From Octopus sinensis (taxonomy: Eukaryota), in contig NC_043010.1 of NCBI RefSeq assembly GCF_006345805.1, forward strand, positions 22,692,001 through 22,756,000: a stretch of 64,000 bases of DNA, given 5' to 3'. The translations under genes were made by a program, and so were the position numbers. Of the stretch, positions 41,746 to 51,575 are shown in pieces; the first letter of the stretch is position 1, and every line of letters begins with the position of its first letter. A model generated the notes under the pieces. The model was not told the DNA's origin, did no database searches, and was given only the letters and a program-made list of their open reading frames with translations.

Positions 41746-43008
41746 TGATGATGATAATTATAATCATATCTTTATAGATTGTCTAAAGGCCCTTTAGGGA
41801 CAATAATGAGACTTTTCTTCTATTTTAATCTTGCTGAAATATGTAAAAGAACAATGTGACTGAGAGTGATCAAGTGTCTCCAAGTTATTAGTGAGTTAAT
41901 TTTAGCGCTGTAATTACCAGTGACCTTTGACCTCAACTATTGTGCTGATGCGTTAGACTAACCTTGTTATCTCATTTTGTTTTTAAAAAGAGGGAGAGAG
42001 AGTTAGGGGTTGAGCACCTCTGTTTTTAATTAAAAACAACTTAATTTCTTGATTCAGTGTTTGCCAGCACGTTGTCATCGTTATTGTAGTGTTCATCTTC
42101 GTTATCATTGTAGTCATCATCACCATCATCATTGTAGTCATCATCATCATCGTCGTTGTCATCCTCATCACAATTAACATCATCATCATTGTCATCATCA
42201 TCACCAATATCATCATCATCATCAGTGCATTGATTACTATGGTTCTAGACACCCTGTATTGAATCCTTTAACTGCAAAATTAATTTTCATCGTTATTCCA
42301 GTGACGATGTTAGATATCTATCAAAATAAACAAAACAAACAAAATTTTAATAGAATTGGTATTATCTACAAGTCACCTGGTATGTTTACATCACCATAAC
42401 TTAGCGGTTCGACAAAAGAGACTAATAGAATAATAGAAAAAAAAAAATTAATGTACTGGGGTTGATTCAATCAGCTGAAAATTCTTCAAGGTGGTGCCCC
42501 AGCATGGCCACAGTCTAATTACTGAAACAAATAAGACATAAAAAATATAGAGTAAAGCAAAAAAAAAGGGAAGGACTCTCCTCACATCCTTTCTTTCTTT
42601 CTCTGATTAAACTGTGAAACAACAACATCAACAACAACAGCAGCAGCAGTAGTAGCAGCAGACTATGAACTAGCAATAGAATTTCTTCTATCTTTCTTAG
42701 TGTTGTAGTAACAGAAAGATGAAATTCCATGAGTAATGGTTGGCTGGTTGGTTGGTGGCCGGATGGGTGGGTGTATGGATGGATGGATGGAAGGATGCAG
42801 TGGGAGCAGCTTTGGTATATATATATTTTTGATGAACAGATCTACTACTACTACTACTACTACTACTTCTGCTGTTGTGTATCAGTAAACTTACTCACTG
42901 AACTCCGGCACTCCTCTACATAAATTTATATCCCCCCACTTTATGAACAGACGAAAGCCTCTTTACATATAATATTTGTGCACACACACACATGTACACA
43001 TGTACGTA

Positions 43009-43039
<31 letters not shown>

Positions 43040-43043
43040 TATA

Positions 43044-43088
<45 letters not shown>

Positions 43089-43349
43089 TATGTATACATG
43101 TATATGTGTGTGGTTTATATATATGGTTATATATGTGTGTGTGTTTATATATTCATAAAGTGTTCTGTTACATTATTAGTAGCATCAACAAGAAAAGTAC
43201 TCCATCCAGTGAGATATAAATATCATTAAATATACACAGCATTAGACTGTTAGCTAATATTAGTTTCATGTCTCTGAAAATACAATGGTCAGACAAGCTT
43301 GTACAGCATGATGTGTATTTTGAGCAGCATGAAACTAACGCGGACTTCA

Positions 43350-43555
43350 CATTTTGGCACAAGGCCAATAAATCCGTGAGAAGGTGGGGTCAGTTGATTA
43401 AATCAACGCCAAGACTCAGTTGCTACTTATTTTATTGTACCTGAGAGGATGAGAGGAGAAAAATTGATGTTGGTGGAATTTGAACTCTAAACATAAAGAT
43501 GGAGGAAATGCTGTTGAACATTTTGCCCAGCCTGCTAACGATTCTGCCAGCTCCC
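43350..43555 (-). mobile_element. Diverged SINE family C copy
   Basis: GGCACAAGGCC...GGTGGAATTTGAACTC...CTAACGATTCTGCCAGCTC. Confidence 0.7.
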
Positions 43556-43611
43556 ATGCATTAAACTTTGTATTTCTTTGTATTTTAATCCTGTCTATGT
43601 ATGTTTATTTG

Positions 43612-43878
43612 AAGTCACGTGGCTTAGTGGTTAGGGCAATTGGCTCACAGGCGTAAGGTCGTGAGTTCAATTTCCAGCAGCGTGGTTTGGTGTTGCTCTA
43701 GTCCACTCAGCTGGCGAAAATAAGTAGTACCTGTATTTCAACAGGCCTGAGAACTACATTATGGATATACATGTCTATGGAGTGCTCAGTCACTTGCTCA
43801 TTGATTTCACAAGCAAGCTGTTCCATTGATTGTACCAGCTGGAACCCTTGTTATCATAACCAACAGAGTGCTCCTTAA
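43612..43878 (+). mobile_element. Diverged SINE family A-related copy
   Basis: TGGCTTAGTGGTTAGGGCA head. The 3' part GGAGTGCTCAGTCACTTG...CAAGCTGTTCCATTGAT...GAGTGCTCC matches the 1680 tail. Confidence 0.65.
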
Positions 43879-44289
43879 ATGAAAGTATGTATGTATGTGT
43901 GTGTATGTATATATGTAAGTATGAACATATCTATGTATGTGTGTGTGTGCATGTATGTGTATGTATGTATGCATGTATGCATGTGTGGGCGTTTGTGTGT
44001 GTATGTATATATATGTATGCATGCATGTGTGGGTGTATGTGTGTGTATGTATGTATGTATGCATGCATGTGTGGGTGTATGTGTGTGTCTATGTATGTAT
44101 GTATGTATGTATGTAAGGTCATATATATATAGTCAAAAAGGCAATATATATGTATATATATATATATATAATATATATATATGTGTGTGTGTGTGTAATA
44201 CATCTGTTGTTGCTGAAGTGCCAATCTCACGTCTAACAACACCATGTCACCCACTTTGATCAATAGCAGACTATTTTCCAGTAGCCATC

Positions 44290-44600
44290 GTAGACTTCCT
44301 GTATCTCTTCATCTCGTTATCTGCACCTGAATGAGCTACATTTCTACAAGAACCCTGTGATGGAGTGGAATCAAGCTGTTTTAAATATTAATACATATGC
44401 ACTTCACCTGCCGTCCGAATCGACATTCTCCTATTTCTGTCCAACTTCCGGTCAGTTATTTTCTGACCATGTAAAGACACAAGTGCTTTTCTACAAGTCA
44501 TTTGCTCCTTTCTCCGTTTCCTCTTCTCTTGACTTTTCCATCTTTCCAATGAAGAGCCATGCTCGAAATGTCGTCATTCCTTCTCCCACTTTTTCCATCT
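44290..44600 (+). mobile_element. Decayed Penelope-like 3' end with a hammerhead remnant (44546-44572)
   Basis: CCAATGA-A-GAGC-CAT-GCTC-GAAATGTC shares the GAGC/GCTC stem II of the 2232 motif. The upstream text weakly resembles the GIY-YIG C-terminus. Stem I is not preserved. Confidence 0.4.
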
Positions 44601-44699
44601 AAAACTTTTCTCTGAGCATCAATCTGTTATATTTATTGTGTTTGTCTAACTCACTTTTGTTGTTTTCCCTTGTTGTTTTTTCCTGTTTTTATATATCCT

Positions 44700-44805
44700 A
44701 TATAGGATAAAATTTTCAAAAAATTTGATCAGTGACCAGCCTATTAAAAAATACCTTTTAATATGCTGGCCACTGATAAACATTCTTGAAAATTTTATCC
44801 TATAT
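44700..44805. repeat. 106-bp near-perfect hairpin
   Basis: Outer 20-bp perfect arms ATATAGGATAAAATTTTCAA / TTGAAAATTTTATCCTATAT. Inner ATCAGTGACCAGC / GCTGGCCACTGAT and TATTAAAA / TTTTAATA around a 6-nt loop. Confidence 0.85.
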
Positions 44806-45574
44806 TAGATGTAAATTTATTACCATTCACTTCTGGACTGTCCCTTACTCTACTTACTCCACAAGAATTTTCAGTCTGATCACACATGTCTTGAGGTATA
44901 CTGCAAAAATTTCTATTTGGATATATTTGGGGTACTTAAGTATACACATGACTTTGCATCAGCTTGTTCCATGTGTGCAAGTAAGTATTTCATTTATCTC
45001 TTAGCGTATTTACTGTTGATGCCGAGAAGATTCTTTATGAATTACTTCAGAAATAAGACCAATTCGGTAATAATAGAATTTTTTATAAATTTCTGTCAGC
45101 TTGCTTTGAGACATGTGGTTATAGTGATGAATTATATGTGGTTCTTGATGATTTAAAGTCTATTCTTGGAATATTTGACATTATTTGTAAGTTATATATA
45201 TATACATACACACACACATGCATACAATGAGGTACTGAAAAGTTCCTGGCTTTGGGTACGATTAGATAATTATGATTTTATTCAACATATTCCCTTCTCA
45301 GATTCACATGCTTATTGCAGCGGTCCTTCAGTTTTCTTAAGCCATGGAAAAGAACCTTGAAGGTTGGGCCTCCAACTAGACCTTTCATGATACCCTTCAC
45401 GCCAAGAACTTTTCGGAACTCTTCATGTATGTATATATGTATGTATGTGTGTGTGTGTGTGTGTGTGTTTATGTATACACAGACACACACATCCACACAT
45501 CCACACATATTCATCATTCTTCTTACTAAGAAAAACTATTAACGACTTTCTTTTTTTCTTTTTTCTAATTCCAG

Positions 45575-45830
45575 GCTTGGCACTAATTTAGCAATATTTT
45601 GTCTGTTGCTAAGAACCGAGAAAGAACTTTCCTCTTGTTGCTGTTTGCACACCTGGCGGCTTGCTACCTATCTGGTTCAATGTTACCGATTCTTCTGTTA
45701 TTACTTTACAACGAGGATAATAATAACAATAATAATAATAATAACAACAACAACAACTATAAAAACACCAGAAGCAACGTGGCATATTTACCAAAGGAAC
45801 GTACTTACCTTTCAGACATGGATCTTCTAA
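45575..45830 (+). other. Candidate non-coding 5' UTR exon of the 46982 gene
   Basis: Strong acceptor (ctttctttttttcttttttctaattccag, AG at 45573-74). A second acceptor-like site tattttatttgtcag (AG 46924-25) lies 56 nt before the ATG. The donor is only weak (GTAACC near 45831). No transcript evidence. Confidence 0.35.
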
Positions 45831-46112
45831 GTAACCTTCATTCACCTGTGAAATAACAGCTTAAGGATTGCAATTTCTACTTTTTCGTTTTTCTTTTTCT
45901 CTATATCCATCCACACACTTAAACACTCACACACATATACACACATACACAAAAGCATCAGGCATTCCCATACATACACACACATACACTATATATGAAT
46001 ATATAATACATTTATATAAAATATTATATATAATATATATATAAAATATACACTCACACATATACACACACACACCACACACACATACATATATATATAC
46101 ATACATATATAA

Positions 46113-46159
<47 letters not shown>

Positions 46160-46981
46160 CATATGTGTGTGTGTTTGATGCAATGAAATTTAAGATTTGA
46201 AAAAAAAAGAAAATCTTTTGTCATTTTCGATTGTCTTTGTAGAGGATCTTTTTTTTTTTTCATTTTTTAAGTTTATATTTTGCAGAAATGTAGTTCTTTT
46301 CTTTTGTATTTCTTTGTATACACTCAAACATACATACATGCATACACACATACATACGTCTATATGACACTGTCTATATAATATCATAAACACTTGTCTA
46401 TAAACTTTATATATTATTTTAAATTCATATATTTTTCCCTTTCTCTTTTGTTTGACACACCATAAAAACACTAGGTTCATTAAGGGCTAAGGTGTATATA
46501 TATATATATATATATATTCATAGAGTACGGAGCAAGTTGCTTTCTTGTATTTTAGCTATCCAAAAAGTTTCAATTTGTAGTTGCTGAATATCGCAATGTG
46601 ACTGATTCTGTGTTGCTTTAAATCTCCGCCTCACCATTTCCTAATATTTAGAGCCTCAAAAGGATTTACCCATCTCAAAAGGAACCACGTGGAGTACAGA
46701 TTATATTTACCATTTTTACCAATTATACCTAAATGGATATTATTAATTACTAATTCTTCAAGGAAACTTGGTTTTTACTAGGAGTCAAAGAGGGGAAATA
46801 TATATTAAAAAAAACATTAAAAACCAAACTTGCCAGCAAACCTTCTTCAAACCAATTTAAAACTAAAACCAAATCCATTCGAAACAAGGAATTTTTCAAA
46901 CTTGGAAACATATTTTATTTGTCAGAAAAGAAAAACACCAAAGAATTTATTAAAACCATAAAAACCAATATTGCAATAAAC

Positions 46982-48259
46982 ATGGCAGTAAATAAAGAAA
47001 AACCTTTAGCGTTTACCACTTCTTTTTCTCGACCGTTCTACATTGATCTGTTTGTGCTGATTGTCTGTGTTCTTGGACTGGCTAATGCTCAGCAACCACC
47101 TTGCATAGTCAAGGGGTGCATCTACACTCGTTTGCCGTGGTACGGCTATTTAATTCAAAAGACATTCCACAGAGACATGGCAAAAATTCAGTACCAGTTA
47201 TGGTACCCGGTTAGTGAATGCTGTGCAAATCTGCTGATTTATTATGATGACCAGTTGCGTACACTCAACGACAAAATGTCATGTTCAGAAAGGGAACGTA
47301 TTTTACCTGCAGATAATAACCAAATTATACCCCTCTACACGGGGAATCACAAATCTGTAGGTTGTAAAATATCGAATGAAACAGGTAAATCAATTTATGT
47401 GTGTATTGGTGAACGAACATTTCGATCAACTGGTGCCCGAACCTGGTATTTTGCTATAAGTCGTTGTAGTTCCAAAACCCACTTAAACTTAAACTATTTC
47501 TTTAATATTACAGGATTCTATGGAACCTGTGAAGAAGACGCCCTGTCTTTCTCTAAGACTTATATTCCTCCCAAACAGAACAATGGTACAAACCTTTATG
47601 CTGTTATTTTTGGTGTTGTGTCCGGCGTGATGTTGATTTTGGCTGTTCTTTTCTTCTCATTGTGGTGCGTAGCTGTCCGGCGTAAAACAAGTGGCTCAGT
47701 TACCTCGAGCCAAGCAACTATGACCCATGACATATTCTACGTGAACCATTCGCTCTCTGACCGCGAGCAGGCCGACTACTCGCAGTCAAGTTCGGAGAAC
47801 TACTATGAGGTGATCCCGGAAAGAAGAAGCTATGAAAGCATCAGTGCACAGGCTGCATCGACAGCAGAACGCCACCACAGCCTGCGTACGCACGCGACCC
47901 TCGCCAAAGAGCACCGAACGCATACGACATACATCTTCGACGACTACCCCCCTCCTCCCTACCATCCTCCCCAGCCCACTCCAAGCAAAGGCCAACCACA
48001 GCGGCAGCCAGTCCAGGTTATCCAGGCAATGCAGCCCATTCAGAGCTTGCAGACAGGTATGCAGACCAGTTTGCAGTCTACCATGCAACCCAGCATGCAG
48101 TCTACCATGCAACCTAGCATGCAGCCTAGCCTGCAGACCACTCTTCAGCCTAGCCTGCAGACAACTCTTCAGCCTAGCCTGCAGACAAGCATGCAAAGTA
48201 GTATACCAACAGCTGTTATGCAACCCAAGTTTCAATCAGCACTCGAAACCAGTGCATGA
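46982..48259 (+). CDS. Single-exon CDS for a 425-aa type I single-pass membrane protein with a TMEM145/GPR180-like N-terminal (GOLD-like) ectodomain
   Basis: The ORF track starts at an upstream TTG. The first ATG (46982) has strong context (AAACATGG). Signal-peptide-like FYIDLFVLIVCVLGLANA|QQ (cleavage after residue 36). The ectodomain YPVSECCANLLIYYDDQ...CSERERILPADNNQIIPLYT...VGC...YVCIGERTFRSTGARTWYFAISRC...LNLNYFFNITG matches, from my recollection of human TMEM145, YPEAKCCQNILLYFDDP...[20 protein letters not shown]...SGC...YLSCSSGRSFRSVRERWWYIALSKC...LQLEYEMVLTNG. One hydrophobic helix (47600-47671, AVIFGVVSGVMLILAVLFFSLWCV) is followed by RRK. N-glycosylation sequons NET, NIT, NGT. No gene symbol is given because the architecture differs from TMEM145. 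Confidence 0.9.
   Translation: MAVNKEKPLAFTTSFSRPFYIDLFVLIVCVLGLANAQQPPCIVKGCIYTRLPWYGYLIQKTFHRDMAKIQYQLWYPVSECCANLLIYYDDQLRTLNDKMSCSERERILPADNNQIIPLYTGNHKSVGCKISNETGKSIYVCIGERTFRSTGARTWYFAISRCSSKTHLNLNYFFNITGFYGTCEEDALSFSKTYIPPKQNNGTNLYAVIFGVVSGVMLILAVLFFSLWCVAVRRKTSGSVTSSQATMTHDIFYVNHSLSDREQADYSQSSSENYYEVIPERRSYESISAQAASTAERHHSLRTHATLAKEHRTHTTYIFDDYPPPPYHPPQPTPSKGQPQRQPVQVIQAMQPIQSLQTGMQTSLQSTMQPSMQSTMQPSMQPSLQTTLQPSLQTTLQPSLQTSMQSSIPTAVMQPKFQSALETSA
48047..48202 (+). repeat. In-frame 12-bp coding tandem repeat, 13 units, encoding (M/L)Q(P/T/S)(S/T/G)
   Basis: Units read directly: LQTG MQTS LQST MQPS MQST MQPS MQPS LQTT LQPS LQTT LQPS LQTS MQSS. Confidence 0.95.
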
Positions 48260-48875
48260 AGTAATACACCAATGAGATTTTCAAGCTAAAACTTTGCTTC
48301 AGACATGAAAAAAGAAAAAAATAAAGAAATCTAAATGCCAGATTTATTAAGTCTTTCCTTATCTTTGATAATTCCATGCATCGATGTTTGCAAATCAAGC
48401 AACTCTTGTCATTAATTCCAAGCAAGGAGCGGGGAACCTTTAAGTGATTTGCTGCGTATCACTTCTTTGTTCCTCCAAATCTTGAATTGAACTAGCAAAT
48501 TCAAACCTCCTCCAACAAAAACAACAACTGCTACAACAGTATGGTTATGAGAATGACCAAATTATAAATGATATAAAGGCCACCCCTTTTGGAATAACGA
48601 TAATTCACATTGGCCGAAAAAAAAAGCAAAAAAAGTTTTTTTTTCAGATGATATTTTTGTTCCAGAAAAATAAATAATTAAAAATGAAACAAAAAAAATA
48701 AAAAGAGGGGAGATTCTTGCCTGCTTCCTTCGTTATTTCATAGAGAAAAATGAAAGACAAGAATATCAAACATCTTTCTATTTCTCTTGGGCAGTGGCAT
48801 TTCTGCAATGTTTCTTGGAGACAATGACTTTTAAAAATATATTCCAGCATCATGCGTGTGTGCGTATGTATGTAT

Positions 48876-48925
<50 letters not shown>

Positions 48926-49745
48926 TGCACACACATGTGCATACACACTCACATTTGAAGCTGGAAATGAACAGGTGAAACTGTACCATACAAACATCTT
49001 AACTTACCAAATACCCATTCCAATTAATGGATTATGGCTCAACACGTGCTGAAATATTAAATACCACCCTAATTTTTTTTTTAATGATGTTAATATAATA
49101 AAAATAATAATAATGATAACAATTATTATTATTACTAATTTGACATTGAACAAACCTCGAAAACAAACAAAAGACATAAGGAAACAAATAATGATTAATA
49201 CTCATTATTTTAAATTAAAAACAATACGGTCTTTTGTCCGTATACCATCTCATTGCTTTGACAAAAAAAAAAAACAGAAAAAAATTTGAAATTAATGGAA
49301 TTAACGACAAAACAACAAAAAATCAAACAACAAAAGAAAGGAAAAACAAAATACAAAAATAACTGAAATATTTTGTATGGGGGAATTTGTTTTTGTTTTT
49401 TTTAAACAGCAACAGTATTGATGATGATTATGATGATGATGATGATGACGATGATGATGATGATTATTACGATGATGATAACAGTAATTGTAATAATGAT
49501 AATAATAATGATTATAATCCTTATCAGTATCATCATTGAAAATATTGTAAAATGCAGAGATTTTTTTCAATTGCTGTTCTTTGCTGTTAGTTTGGAAAAC
49601 ATGGAGAACCAATTATTGCATGTATAGATGCATATGTGGGATGTGTGTGTGCATATATATGTATATATATATATACATGCGCACACACACTCATGCCTGT
49701 ATATAGACCTGTATGTGTTGAGTGTGTGTGAGTGTGTATATGTGT

Positions 49746-49806
<61 letters not shown>

Positions 49807-50065
49807 AAGCGACTTAATTTTTTTATTCAATACAGATATTCCCTATGGCTAGTTTTAAATTGACAAACTATTAATTACTTTTAAAATTTGTAATGTTAAG
49901 AGAATTACTATAAATTAATTTTGGGAGAATATTTGGGTGGGGATTAGCTTGTATTATCTGTAGTTATAAAGGAATCAAAACTAAAAACCCAAGAAATCTA
50001 TAAATTTAGCAAAATAATATTGGGGTATTTTTGTGTTCCACATTCTTATCCAGACCGTATTCCAT

Positions 50066-50272
50066 AAGCTTGTCACCAGATGCATTGAGCTTTTCACCAG
50101 ATGTGATGATAAGCTTGTCTTCAGATATGTAGAGCTTGTCACCAGATGTCTTGAGCTAGTCACTAGATATGTTGAGCTTGACATGAGATGGATTGATCTT
50201 GACATGAGACAGGGTGAGCTTGGTATCAATCAGGTTGAGCTTAACGCCAGATTTGCTGTTTGTCACCAGCTG
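50066..50272 (+). repeat. 21-bp minisatellite, 9 diverged units (consensus GAGCTTGTCACCAGATGTGTT)
   Basis: Units are visible directly. One unit is 24 bp. The array is open in one + frame and one - frame. Confidence 0.85.
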
Positions 50273-51517
50273 TGAAAATCATTAGGTTAATCCCTACATA
50301 TAATACCTTTTGTGATCTGTAAATGTGGTCCCTAATAAATGGAAGAGTTTGTTCTGTAGAGAAATAAAAGCAGTGGAAATGTCGTACCCAGTATTTTCTT
50401 TATGAATGGGAACAGTTAGAAGAGCATATATAATTTGGGTTTTAGAAGTTTTGCTCAAATACTAATTAATATTTTGCAAATATGTGAAGGCTTGAATAAT
50501 AAAAAAAAACTATATATACATATTTATACATGTGTAAATATACATATATTTATATATATATGCATATTTATACATGTGTATGTAATGTATGTATATGTGT
50601 GTGTATAAATATATATATATGTATGTTTGAGAGTGTGTTTGTATTTCTGTATGATGGTATATTAAATCTGATTTATATCATTCCATTCCATTGGCAAAAA
50701 CTGCAACCAAAAGGGGTTGGGTGTAGGGTAAACATTTTCTGATGCTGATTTTTACAATAAAAAGAAAACAAACCCAAAAAAAAAACACTAAAGTAAATAA
50801 TGAGAGCCAAAGACAGAGCCTTTAGGTGGTCGCCACCCAACCGTCTTTGGATAATGTAGTTCTCGATACACAGTTTGATAACATAAAAATAAAAGTAAAA
50901 AAATTTACGTGATGGTCACTGCTGGAAAGTCTTTGATCATAAGGTCCACTCAGTGTTGACCAAGGGACTAAAAGCAACAACTAGTAGCCTTCTCTAGCTT
51001 ATGTACGTATGTATATATATATATTAATAGACTGTATGACATCGATTTTAAAGTTTGAAAAATGCCAGTGTAAAGATATTATTAATTAGCCATTTATATG
51101 ATTTTTATATATATATATATATTTTTATTTTTCCTCTAAAGAAATTAGGAAAAAGTGCGTATATATATGTGTGTGTGTGGGGGGGTTTATTTGTGTGTGT
51201 GTTTGTGTGTGTAAATATATATGTGAGATTTGGATATGACTGATTGTATTCACCACCATCACATATCTCTGTGTCCATATGTGAGAGAACTTCTAACACA
51301 TTTATGAATATATTTGTGGATAAAAATTTTTTTTTGGCTCGTCCCCTCTCCTTCTTCAGCTATTCTCTTCCCGTTTCCCCCCACCCACCTCCTTCCTCCG
51401 CTACACATACAGAATCGGTAATTGGCCCAAGATATTAATTGGCTTCGAAATTTGTTGCAAGAATTTCAAAATGGCTTGAAACCTTATTTCTGAGATTTAA
51501 AGACAGACACAGAGAGT

Positions 51518-51575
<58 letters not shown>

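Noticed and set aside
46919-46981. N-terminal extension MSEKKNTKEF... in the ORF track
   Set aside because: It starts at a TTG spanning a probable splice acceptor. The ATG at 46982 has strong context and gives a sensible signal peptide.
47786-48275. Overlapping ORFs 47786-48235(-) and 47832-48275(+)
   Set aside because: They are shadows of the real CDS and its 12-bp repeat.
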